Assembly: GCF_006345805.1 (NCBI RefSeq)
Contig: NW_021832523.1
Location: forward strand, 1 to 30,464
DNA: 30,464 nucleotides
DNA from: Octopus sinensis
Lineage: Eukaryota
Direction of reading: 5' to 3'
A program made the position numbers and the translations under genes. Below the pieces are notes generated by a model. That model made no database searches, was not told the origin of the DNA, and saw only the letters and a program-made list of their open reading frames with translations. Below are positions 10,636 to 21,545 of the stretch, piece after piece (the stretch's first letter is position 1; each line of letters opens with the position of its first letter).

Positions 10636-10871
10636 GGAATAGGAGGGGCACTGAAATTGTCAAACGAATGCTGCTGCTGCTGTTGATGATGATGGCATAA
10701 CGACGTCATTAGAAGATGGTTCTTCCGTCTCTTCTCCGGTGTCATCAATAATGCAGAGTCGATCGATCAATCATTATGCTGATATCGACACGGCTTTGTC
10801 TTCGCCCCAACCCCCCTCACTTCCTGCACTTCTTACACCGTGTTTCTGCAAATATGAACTGGAAACGAGTG

Positions 10872-10918
10872 GATGAAGATGATGATCATGATGATGATGA
10901 TGGTGATGGTGATGATGG

Positions 10919-10949
<31 letters not shown>

Positions 10950-10964
10950 AATGATGATGGTTGG

Positions 10965-10999
<35 letters not shown>

Positions 11000-11075
11000 G
11001 TGGTGGTGATGATGGTGATCATGATGATGATGATGATGATGATGATGAAGTCGATGACGATGGTGATGATGACAG
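10872..11075. repeat. (GAT)n microsatellite
   Basis: Direct repeat. Confidence 0.96.
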
Positions 11076-11354
11076 CGATAACAACCCTAAGGTTCCCTGT
11101 TCCTCGTTTCAAGATCGTCCCTGATGTAGCAAACATATGATCAAAGACGCTCCAGCTGTGACCAACCCCATATACATGACCGCTTGCATTAACTAGGACA
11201 ATATTTTTGAATACCTTTCATTGAGACGATCCGTTGGTGATTATTTGGGAGCCAGGTTTAGCTTCAAGTTTCACCAAACAGACAGATACATAGATAAATA
11301 GACAGACACACAGACAGATACAAAGGTGGATATATATATATATATATATATATG

Positions 11355-11620
11355 TGGACTCGCGGTCGTAGGATCGCGGTTTCGATTCCCAGACCGGGTG
11401 TTGTGAGTGTTTATTGAGCGAAAACACCTAAAAGCTCCACGAGGCTCCGGCAGGGGGTCGTGATCCCTGCTGTACTCTTTCACCACACTTTCTCCCACTC
11501 TTTCTTCTGTTGGCCTGCTCGCTTAGCCAGCGGGGTGGCGTCATTCGAAGGCTAAAACAATGCGAACGCATTGTGACCAGCGATGTGTAAAACATCTGAT
11601 GGTCTGGTCGGTCACGTGAT

Positions 11621-11635
<15 letters not shown>
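11355..11635 (+). mobile_element. tRNA-derived SINE family C, 5'-truncated
   Basis: GGACTCGCGGTCGTAGGATCGCGGTTTCGATTCC (B box)...AAAACACCTAAAAGCTCCACGAGGCTCCGGCAGGGGGT is shared with 25005-25190; the 3' tail differs. Confidence 0.8.
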
Positions 11636-11659
<24 letters not shown>

Positions 11660-11689
11660 TTAGAGAGAGATAGAGATAGTTAGATAGAT

Positions 11690-11815
11690 AAATATAGCGA
11701 GAAACTTCGCAAAAGAGACAGACAGACAAACATATAGATAGACATACAGATAGATAGACAAACAGACAGACATACAGACAGACATATAGATAGTCAGATA
11801 GACAGACAGACAGAC

Positions 11816-11878
<63 letters not shown>

Positions 11879-11900
11879 GGATGGATGGACAAACGGATAT
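11690..11900. repeat. (GATA)/(GACA)n tetranucleotide array
   Basis: Direct repeat. Confidence 0.95.
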
Positions 11901-11934
11901 GTAGAGAGATAAGCGTAGCAGTGTACAGATAAGA

Positions 11935-12310
11935 AGGTCATTTTGTAATCGCGTAGCTTTGTGAGCGGTCTCTTGGGTAGGTACGTAACTTCGACTGTAG
12001 ATTCAGACCAACAAATGCCTTGTAAATGAGTTTGGTGGACAGGAACCGTGTGGTGGACACCCGTTCTGTGTTTGTATGTGTGTGTGTGTGTCGTGTGTGT
12101 GTGTGTGTGTTTGTGCTCGTGTATGTTTGACAACCGGTGTTTGTTTCGTTACGCATCCGTAAATTAGCGATTTCACTGAAAGCGAAATGTGGAATAACTA
12201 TCGGATTTAAAAAATATAAAGGCTCTGGTGTCGATTTTCTTCGACAAGAATCTTCCAGAAGGTGTCCCAGTTTGGCAGCACTCCAATGACTGAAGTAAAA
12301 TCTAAAAGAG
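11935..12310 (+). mobile_element. Old, diverged SINE family B copy
   Basis: CAAATGCCTTGTAAATGAGTTTGGTGGACAGGAAC, an internal (GT)n, TTGACAACCGGTG and CAATGACTGAAG...AAAAGAG parallel 22953-23366. Confidence 0.6.
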
Positions 12311-13098
12311 AATATGATATATAATATCATATATCATATAATATAATATATAATTATATAGTATATCCTTATCTACATCTATATCTATCTCTCCCTCCTA
12401 ATCTCTCTCTCTTTTTCTCTCTCCCTCTCTATCCATCCATCCTTCCAACCATCCATCTATTCATCTACATATATATATATAATATATATATATTATATAT
12501 ATATTATATATATAGATTATATATATATATATATATGTATATGTTTATATGTATATGTTACACACATACACACATGTATATCTATCTATCTACCTATCTG
12601 GCTATCTATCTATCTATCTATCAATCTATCTGTCTATATATATATATATATATATATTATTATAAATACATATATATACATGTAGATGTATGTATATATG
12701 TATTTGAATAAATATATATATATATATATATATACATATTCATATACATATATATGTATATGAATATGTATATATATATGTATATATACGAGTGTGTGAG
12801 TGTGTGTGTGTGTGTGTGTGATAAAGCACACACACGCATATACACATGTCTGTGTAAACTTTCCAATGATGAAGGTAAAAAAATTCTGAATATTATGAAG
12901 ATAACGAAATAAGTTGATGTAATCAGTGCGGATTAAATTCTGACAAACATTAATCTGATTCCAAAGAAGGAGAAATGGATAAGCTTTTACGAATTTCTTG
13001 GATTTTCAAAGAAAACTAGAATATATGAGAAACTAATGCCGCACATACGTGTTCACCGAATGTACACATATACATATAAATAACTGCATATATATAAT

Positions 13099-13143
<45 letters not shown>

Positions 13144-13232
13144 CATGTATATCATATATATATGTATATATATATACATATATAATATATGTATATATAT
13201 ATATTATGTATATATAATATATGTATATATTG

Positions 13233-13269
<37 letters not shown>

Positions 13270-13405
13270 GTATATATATACATATATATATATATATATT
13301 ATATATATATGTATATGGTAGTGTGCTGTAAATACGCTGTATATAACCGTATAATAAATTAACAATGTGCAAATCTCCATTCTCCTTATTAATAATGTTA
13401 TTTGT

Positions 13406-13448
<43 letters not shown>

Positions 13449-13493
13449 CATATATATACATACATATATATATATATATTATACATAATATAT

Positions 13494-13550
<57 letters not shown>
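12310..13550. repeat. Mostly (TA)n/(TCTA)n/(CA)n low-complexity tracts, with short unique spacers at 12850-13060 and 13320-13400
   Basis: Direct repeats; explain the poly-YI pseudo-ORFs. Confidence 0.85.
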
Positions 13551-13552
<2 letters not shown>

Positions 13553-14434
13553 GAGGCGTGTGCGGGAGGGGTGGCCTAGTAGAACTGATAATCGCATAAC
13601 CCCATTGCACAACCCGAGAATTGGCAGAAACCTATCAAAATCCGTCGTTCATGAGCACCTGGTAAAGCTTGGGTACACAAATCGCTACGATTTTTGGATA
13701 CAACATGAATTGAGTGAGAGGAACCTTTTGGATCGCATTTCCATCTGTGATTCGCTTTATAAACGGAATGAAAACGCGCCATTTTTAAAGCAAATTGTGA
13801 GAGGTGATGAGAAATGAATTATCTGCCGAAATGTTTAGAGGAACTAATCCTTGAGTAAGCGACATGAGCCACCCTTAGCCACCCCAAAATCGGGTCTTCA
13901 CCCTAAAAAGACTTACTTTGTGTCTTGTGGGATTGGAAAGGAATTCTCCACTATGAGCTTTTCCCAAGTAACCAGACAATTAACTCTGAGAAATACTGCA
14001 CACAACTGGACGAGTTAAAAGGAGCAATCCAAGACAAACGTCCAGAATCGGCCAACAGTAAGGGTGTTATTTTCCAACATGATAATTTGGGAACCAGGCA
14101 AAAATTGCTGCAGTTCGACTGTGATGTGTCTCCCCGTCCTCCATATTCACAAGATATTACTCTTTCAGATTTCCACTTCTTCAGGTCTCTGCAGAATAGT
14201 CTTAATTGTAAAAATTTCAATTCCTTGGATGACGTAAAAAGATAATCTTGAGGAATTCTTTGCCATGAAACCACCTCAATTCAGGGAAGAGGGTATTTTC
14301 AAGTTAAAGGAAAGATGGAGATGCACTGTGCAACAAATGGTTCAAATTTGGTTTAATTAAAAATGTAATAGCAAGTATTTATTGACCTTTTACTTCCCTT
14401 TACGAATCGGCACGAACTTTCCGGACACCCAATA
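13551..14434 (+). mobile_element. 5'-truncated mariner transposon (mellifera-like) with transposase pseudogene and 3' TIR
   Basis: WIQHELSERNLLDRISICDSLYKRNENAPFLKQIVRGDEK; WDWKGILHYELFPSNQTINSEKYCTQL...VIFQHDN...RPPYSQDITLSDFHFFRSLQNSL (D,D34D-type motifs, with a deletion after DN). Ends CGGCACGAACTTTCCGGACACCCAA|TA. Confidence 0.95.
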
Positions 14435-14479
14435 GTTTTGCTGTTGGTAAAACAAACATTGCAACCTGATGTTTATATC

Positions 14480-14481
<2 letters not shown>

Positions 14482-14519
<38 letters not shown>

Positions 14520-14723
14520 TATATTATATATTATTTATTTATTTGTATGTGTAAATGTATATATATATATATAGTTGTATGCGTATATGTGCGTACATAT
14601 GTGAACATATATGCACGTAATGTATGTAACTGCTTATGTATGTGATTTTGTCTACGTGTGTGCGCATCTGCATGGGTATGTATGTAGATGTATGTATGTG
14701 TGTATATATATTATATATATACA

Positions 14724-14763
<40 letters not shown>

Positions 14764-14830
14764 AAGTAAATAAATGGCACAACGAAGCCTGATGTTTATA
14801 TTAATACTCTCGTATTGCATTACTATTTTC

Positions 14831-14879
<49 letters not shown>

Positions 14880-14919
14880 ATATATATATATATATATATA
14901 ATATATATATATATATTAA

Positions 14920-14962
<43 letters not shown>

Positions 14963-15089
14963 TATATACATATGTATATAAATATTCGTATGTATACATA
15001 TATGTATGTGTGTGTGTGAGTGCGTGTACGCATGTGCATCTATATACGATATATATGTATAACATTATAGTTATAGACACACAGACACG

Positions 15090-15130
<41 letters not shown>
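14482..15130. repeat. (TA)n/(TG)n/(CA)n tracts
   Basis: Direct repeats. Confidence 0.88.
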
Positions 15131-15131
<1 letters not shown>

Positions 15132-15524
15132 TACACACCAACCCATGCTCATTTAAACATGCCAGCCTTTCTGGGGTTTTTTCTTCCTTCCTTTCTTTCT
15201 TTTTTTACCCATTTGTTCCGAACGAACTCGGCAATCAAGATTAATTAGCAAAGTTCATTGATGCAATTTTCCCTGGCTACGTATTTTGACATTTTATTTC
15301 TTGCTCCCCACAATCCACACACCCCCTCAAAACCACCGACTACTACCACCACCAACATAAATAACGTCTGCCTATTTGTGCACTGTGTTGGTACATTCTG
15401 TATTTACAAAGATAAACCTATCCAAACCCTCACCAAATCATTGACTCGCAACTTTGCTTCAAACCCGTTACTTTAGGAATCTCTTGAGAAACAAGGAAGG
15501 CACCGATTTTTCTAATCCCAAACT

Positions 15525-15612
15525 TTATCTTTTGCTTCTCTCTGTTATACGGCGACGGCCATGCTGGTGCACCGCCTTGAAGGAATTTTACTCGATCGAA
15601 TCGTCCACAGAC
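15525..15612 (-). mobile_element. SINE family B 3' tail fragment
   Basis: GGCCATGCTGGTGCACCGCCTTGAAGG...TCGATCGAATCG matches the reverse complement of 23290-23335. Confidence 0.7.
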
Positions 15613-15680
<68 letters not shown>

Positions 15681-16139
15681 GAGTGAGAGAGCAGTTCATG
15701 CCATCAACGTGACACTGGGGTAAAATATACGAAGCCCAATATACCCATCATGACTACCCGTCTGATAAAGGTACACCAGTCACATGCATCATAACCATAT
15801 GTGCGCGACATGGTGATCTCATATCAAGATATAAACAGCGCATGACCTTGCAGGTGGGGCCCAGTTAGAATTTTCTTCAGGTTGAGTAGCCCATCCCGCT
15901 CAAAAGGTCCCTGAATAAGGGTTGTTTAAGGATGTTGAAAGAACCACCCATGTTTCCAGAGGTGAATTATTCAAACCCCAAAGAATCCCTCTCAACACAT
16001 GGCCATGATGCTCCCCCACTACTTCTGCTCGTGATCAGAGATGCACATATCGTCAGCCACTAAGGGACATGCTCAACTGGTTAAGGTCAAACAACTGACA
16101 AGCAAATCTGTGGTATTGAGCAGAATATTTGCTGTAGCC
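15681..16139 (-). mobile_element. TAA-flanked non-coding element, copy 1 (lacks ~100 nt present in copy 2)
   Basis: Collinear with 21677-22133 at high identity by eye. (TTA)n on both sides (15614-15680 and 16140-16441). No ORF. Confidence 0.85.
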
Positions 16140-16185
16140 TATTATTATTATTATTATTATTATTATCATTATTATTATCATCATC

Positions 16186-16216
<31 letters not shown>

Positions 16217-16221
16217 TATTA

Positions 16222-16259
<38 letters not shown>

Positions 16260-16327
16260 TATTATATTATTATTATCATTATTATTATCATCATCATTAT
16301 TATTATTATTATTTATTATTATTATTA

Positions 16328-16359
<32 letters not shown>

Positions 16360-16441
16360 CATTATTATTATCATCATCATTATTATTATTATATTATATT
16401 ATTATTATTATTATTATATTATTATTATTATTATTATTATT
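16140..16441. repeat. ~300-bp (TTA)n array
   Basis: Direct repeat with occasional TCA units. Confidence 0.97.
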
Positions 16442-16790
16442 ATCCATATACTGTAAGAGTTTGCGGTTGTGTCTCTCTTGAGATGGCCTACCTAATGCAT
16501 AGTAATAAGCGTATATTACTTCTTTATACTCTTCTCGGGTCCATTTGTTCCGCTTACATTTTTCTTTCTGTGGTGGTTGTGGTGGTGAACTTGGAGGGCT
16601 CGAGTTGGGGAATTTCCCGTTCAAGTGACCATCCATGCCCGTATTCGGAGAAGAGTTTGTGCCAGTTGATGACTTTTCGATCCCAGGCTGGCTCTTCCCT
16701 GGGGGACGCGCTTCCAGATTAACCATAGGACAAGCGATTTGGTATACTGATTTAGTTTTCCTTTTAGTTTCCAAAAACATTTTGGTGCTA
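16442..16790 (-). mobile_element. N-terminal ORF fragment of an R4/Dong-clade non-LTR retrotransposon
   Basis: ORF 16394..16780 contains KRNKWTREEYKEVIYAYYYA, resembling the R.KWT.E.N..VM..YY motif near the N-terminus of R4/Dong ORFs (recognised from memory). It runs into (TAA)n. Confidence 0.65.
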
Positions 16791-17515
16791 CGATGATGTT
16801 ATCATTTTTGAGCTCTGAGTAGCTCGCGGGGAGACGGCCATCATTGTCGTTACAATTATAATCGTACCCTTATAGCAGCCATAGCCGGCCTGTGGTCACT
16901 CCTTATAGTCATGGCAACAGTTGATTATTGTTATTATAAAGAGGAAGGAGAGGGCAGGTTGGCAGTAGATAGGCGGGATGGCAGTCATACAGTTAGATAT
17001 CGTTAGTCTATAAATAGACTCAATAGGAGTAGGCGAGGGGTGAAAGAGTGATTGTACCCATGTGGTCCAGCAAAGGAGCGGTCAGCAGAGGTCAAATATG
17101 TGTTTACTACCGACACACCTTGTGCGTTTTACTTACCGATAGAAAGACAAAAATAAAATACACACACACACTCACATATATATAATTTCTATATATATAA
17201 ATTGCTTAAATTAGTTATCCGGCGGCATTCACAGTACAATGTATATATTAAAGATGATCGTTTTAAATTTTTTATCATTTGTGTGTTCGTCCAGAGAAAA
17301 CTGAGTATAATCAAGTTTTTAAGCCCGTAAACTGTTTAAGTAAAGATAGCCAGAGGCGTTTAAAAGTGTTCTTGCAGAGTTATTTACATATTTGGCTATT
17401 CACAGTACAGTGTAGATATTAAAGTTCTTAAAGATGATCGTTTGTGAGTTCACGGAAAGTTTTACTTTTCTCATAATATTGTAGATATTACATTATTATT
17501 ATTATTATTATTATT

Positions 17516-17737
17516 CTAGACGTTGCACTGTATACAATATCGCGGGGTTGTTGATTGAAGATATTGTGTCTATCGGGGGTTTGTACTGTTTATCAAGTCA
17601 CAACAAGGACCTCAGACAGACAGTACTTTACGCAATACGTGTGCAGTTCCAAGTAATGCCGACTTTTGCAATACACCCAGATTGTAGGTTATTTCGAATG
17701 TTTTCAGATTTATTTTTCAGATTGGGTTGTGTTTTTA
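17516..17737 (-). mobile_element. 3' end of an R4/Dong-type retrotransposon, subfamily B
   Basis: Minus strand reads ...YNLGVLQKSALLGTAHVLRKVLSV* (stop at 17614-17612), then a ~95-nt 3' UTR ending CTAG|AATAATAAT. Confidence 0.85.
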
Positions 17738-17832
17738 ACTTTTTCCGAACCACTAAGTTACCGGGACGTAAATACACCAACACTGGTTGCGACGTGGAAG
17801 ACACACACGTACATGAATATATATATATATAT

Positions 17833-18108
17833 AAAGGGGTTTCTATGATTGTGTATAGAGGGTTATATATTATAAAAATAAAATCCAACTTTGTTTTTTT
17901 ATGTTTTATTTATATTCTTTATAATATTAATGTAGAATATAGAATATATAGTATAAATAATATATATATAGTAAAATGAAATGAAGTATAGATTGTCTTA
18001 TTGAATACATGAAATATTGAATATAAAATATTAAGGGACTAGTATACTTTCTTGCATTAAAGCAGTCTTCAAGGTCCCAGGTTGTGACAGGAGTGTTTCA
18101 ACACACGG

Positions 18109-18110
<2 letters not shown>
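17833..18110 (-). mobile_element. ~280-bp (TA)n-flanked hammerhead-bearing cassette
   Basis: (TA)n on both sides (17817-17832 and 18111-18140); contains the hammerhead-like motif at 18035-18078. Confidence 0.55.
18035..18078 (-). ncRNA. Minimal hammerhead ribozyme variant
   Basis: GGGAC-c-UUGAAGA-cUGC(uuuaau)GCAa-GAA-AGUAUACU-A-GUCCC. Stem I is a perfect 5 bp, stem III is an 8-nt palindrome, the triplet is CUA, the core has C3 replaced by U, and stem II is weak. Confidence 0.6.
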
Positions 18111-18147
<37 letters not shown>

Positions 18148-18721
18148 CGATGGGCTTCTTTTAGTTTCTCTCAATTGAACCCATTCACTTCGGGACAGCG
18201 CTAGGCTATAGTAGAAAATATTTGCCCTGGGTGCCACGCAGTGGGACTGAAAATCCAACCATGTAGTTGGGAAGCAAGCTACCTACTACACAGCCACGCC
18301 TGCGCCCATTTGTTTCTAATATATATTTTTGAACCGGCAGCTAATTAACAAAGAACTATTAATACTTATTAATAACTTAATTAGCTAAAGCAATTTACGA
18401 GAGAACTAAACGCGAAAAAGCATTTAATACGCGTGTTCTAATTTCGGAATGCGTTATAGAAACTTTAATTGTTATACCATTTAAACGGTGATTAAATAAC
18501 ATTGAGATTTTATATATGTCAAACATAATTAACCATATCACTTTTCTTTCGCAATTACGATAAATTCGTGCAATTGTGATAAATAGTAATTATCATTTTT
18601 GCTTTCGTACAACAGCCCTGTGGGAGAAAGAGTGTCCTGGTGAGCAACCGTGCCGCTTTGATTTTAATTCGAATTCCATCGGGGTATAATTTGCCGTTGT
18701 TTTGTAATTTTCCCTCTTGTA

Positions 18722-19095
18722 ATGACTTGACTTGACAGCATATACTCGGAGTGGGTTGAGCTGGCTTCATTCATCCTCAATGCTGCATCTCTCACAAACG
18801 CCGACCAGACCAGGCGATTTCAGGCTAACGACCGCGTGATCTCCAACCACTCCTTATTCCAGCGGCGAACGCCGTAGATACGGGGGCCTAGGTTGGGTTC
18901 CAGATCAGCCTTGACTGTCATCAGCCAGGTAGGTTTTTCGTTGTCCACCACATCGCTTTCGCCAACCTTGAAGGGGAGCTGGGGCAATTGCTTCGTGGAT
19001 GAATTCTGCTGGTTGACGACGGAGGGCATGACCCAGCCAATGCTGTAATGTGGATTTGAGAAGAAATACAGGCGCACACTCGGCTCTGTGGGGAG
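18722..19095 (-). mobile_element. RTE-clade LINE 3' end, 5'-truncated and decayed
   Basis: LQHWLGHALRRQPAEFIHEAIAPAPLQGWRKRCGGQRKT / WLMTVKADLEPNLGPRIYGVRRWNKEWLEITRSLA*NRLVWSAFVRDA is the typical RTE C-terminus; the 3' tail is (CAAGT)n. Confidence 0.88.
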
Positions 19096-19319
19096 AAGCT
19101 ATATATGCACACATACATTATCCAGCACACATAATCAATGTATGTACTTCCCTTGTTCGCTCGGAATGACCAAAATCTTTCACAAATTAATGGTTTTGAG
19201 ACAATAAAACCATTAAAACGTTACTTTGTACGATGGTAAGTTGTCTTAATATTTCACAACGGACTTTCGCATTTAATTCCGTTGATCTGCGTATGAATGA
19301 CTTTAGACTGCACTAGGCC

Positions 19320-19515
19320 CAAAATTTGGGGAGAGGGGGGAGTCAGTCGCGATTAGATCGACCCCAGTACGCAACTGGTAAATTATTTCTCGACCCCGAA
19401 AGGATGAAAGGCAAAGTCGATCTCGGCGACAGCTGAACCCACAACGTAGGGACGGACGAAATACTGCTAAGCTGTTCGTCCGGCGAGCTAACGATTATGC
19501 CAGCTCGCTGCCTTG
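19320..19515 (-). mobile_element. SINE family A copy
   Basis: CGACCCCGAAAGGATGAAAGGCAAAGTCG core and GCCAGCTCGCTGCCTT head. Confidence 0.88.
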
Positions 19516-19796
19516 AATCTTCTATGTAATGTTGCTTGTGTACTGGAATAGATTAATTTCTCTGTACAGCGCACCAGAAAACAAAAACACTTCTTTTTTA
19601 CTTCCTCAATAGAGATAATTATTATTTACGTTCATGTATTTGTTTTGCAATATTCCTGATGTGAACGAGTTGAAACAGACATTGTTATACTTGGGAACGG
19701 TCATCTTTTGTTTTTTGTTGCCAATTAAACACACGCTCTGTTTATTCAATCTTCACCTAACTTTTTATTCGTAGTATTTTTAGTTTATACGTCTGT

Positions 19797-19840
19797 CAAA
19801 ATTCTTTCGTCACACACTCTGTGACCTCATCAGGGTATCT
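19797..19840 (-). ncRNA. Partial hammerhead motif (core plus stem II only)
   Basis: CUGAUGA-g-GUCACA(gagug)UGUGAC-GAAA-GAAUUUU. Perfect 6-bp stem II, but no stem I partner found. Confidence 0.35.
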
Positions 19841-20054
19841 CTGTTCCATGTGTCTCTTCTCGTCCTGTTTAATCCTGTTTGGCACTCTGTGATATGTATC
19901 TCTATCTGCGCGTGCGTTTACGTCTGTTGGTGTGTGTCTATATGTTTGTCTATATAGTGTATATGGGTTTGTACATTACGCTGTTTGGACTTGTGTCTTT
20001 ATTTATTTATTATTTATATATTATTATCTACTATTTATTTATTTTTTATTTATC

Positions 20055-20420
20055 ACTTCTACTTGTTTCAGTCATTTGACTGCGGCCATGCTGGAGCACC
20101 GCCTGTAGTCGAGCAAATCGACCTCAGGACTTATTCTTTGTAAGCCAAGTACTTATTCTATCGGTCTTTTTTGCTGAACCGCTAAGTTACGGGGACATAA
20201 ACACACCAGCATCGGTTGTCAAACACAGACACGGAAACGCACACACACACACACACACATATATACGACAGGCTTCTTTCAGTTTCCATGTACCAAATCT
20301 ACTCGCAAGGCTCTGGTCGACCCGAGGTTATCGTAGACAACATTTGCCCAGGGTGCCACACATTGGGACTGAAGCCAGAACCATGTGCTTGGTAAGCAAG
20401 CTGCTACCACACAGCCACTA
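20055..20420 (-). mobile_element. SINE family B copy
   Basis: Reverse-complement match to 22953-23366. Confidence 0.9.
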
Positions 20421-20930
20421 TTATTTATTAATTATCTTTTATTATCATTCATTTCCTAATTTATTTTATTGATATAAAAACAGCAGTATTCCTCACGGAG
20501 GCCACAGAGTACTGCGCAAATAACTGTTGTTTAACCCATTTTTTGCCAATGTTACTTGACTTTTGAAGCATGATATTCTCTCACAGTAAATTTTTCAAAA
20601 GGGGAAAATGGGCAAATGGTGCTACTCGATGCGCCCGTATATTAGAGTACAACGGTTGGAGTAATGATTATGATTTAGGTCATCAGAGTAATCGTTGATG
20701 TGTGGGGCTCTTTGACTGGCTGTTGATGGAGATCCTCTTGTTTCACATATTTGGTATTTTATTCATATTTTTTCTCTTATTTCCTCCTCTTCCGCCTTTC
20801 ATCTTCTCATTTTTTATGTAAATACCAACACAAATTAAAAACTGTCCTTGTAAAGTTTATAAAGTTCACTGTTATTTAAAGCTCCTGTGACAAAAAAAGA
20901 GACCATCATCAACCTCATCAGCCGCAGCAG

Positions 20931-20970
<40 letters not shown>

Positions 20971-20984
20971 TAATAATAATAATA

Positions 20985-21211
20985 TTAGGCATGATAAAAA
21001 AATATTCAGACAAATACATAACAAAAACACCAGGACTTACAAACACATATAACATACAGAAAATTGCACTACTAGGCACTGCACACATCCTACGCAGAAC
21101 ACTTTCCATACAATACCCATCAGAGCATCACTACAAATCACAGCACATACCCAAGGCACACAGAGCTGCGCTCAGTAGTGAAGTGAAAGCACGCTATAAA
21201 AAATAAAACTA

Positions 21212-21214
<3 letters not shown>
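20985..21214 (+). mobile_element. 5'-truncated R4/Dong-type retrotransposon, subfamily A, inserted in (TAA)n
   Basis: LGMIKKYSDKYITKTPGLTNTYNIQKIALLGTAHILRRTLSIQ carries the QKxxLLGTAHILR C-terminal motif of RLE-type LINEs. (TAA)n at 20932-20984 and from 21215. 3' end ACTACTG|AATAAT. Confidence 0.87.
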
Positions 21215-21245
<31 letters not shown>

Positions 21246-21298
21246 TCGTTATTATTATTATTATTATTATTATCATTATTATTATTATTATATTATTA

Positions 21299-21345
<47 letters not shown>
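21215..21345. repeat. (TAA)n then (TTA)n microsatellite
   Basis: Direct repeats. Confidence 0.96.
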
Positions 21346-21346
<1 letters not shown>

Positions 21347-21545
21347 GGCAGTGAGCGGACAGAATCGTTAGCACGCCGAGCAAAATGCTTAGCAGTATTT
21401 CGTCTGTCTTTACGTTCTAAGTTCAAACGACGCCGGGGTCGATTTGCTTTTCATCCTTTCGGGATCGATAAATTAAGTACCAGTTACACACTGTGGTCGG
21501 TGAAATTGACTGGTCCCCTTCCCAAAAATTTCAAGCTTTGCGCCT
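21345..21545 (+). mobile_element. SINE family A copy with variant tail (a further tail-like fragment follows at ~21575-21668)
   Basis: AAGGCAGTGAGCGGACAGAATCGTTAGCACGCCG head and CATCCTTTCGGGATCGATAAATTAAGTACC core. Confidence 0.85.

Larger units (their letters stand above)
17738..18312 (-). mobile_element. SINE family B copy whose internal microsatellite is interrupted by the 17833-18110 cassette
   Basis: Tail-side part 17738-17812 and head-side part 18140-18312 are collinear with 22953-23366. Confidence 0.8.

Noticed and set aside
9882-10748. 288-aa minus-strand ORF with a His/Gln/Pro-rich start, resembling a transcription factor
   Set aside because: More than 80% derives from triplet arrays and turns into poly-I/V/T; no domain is recognisable. 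Only the short unique island is kept as a weak finding.
12940-13070. Open peptide [31 protein letters not shown] between microsatellites
   Set aside because: About 45 codons, with no recognisable family or clear splice sites.
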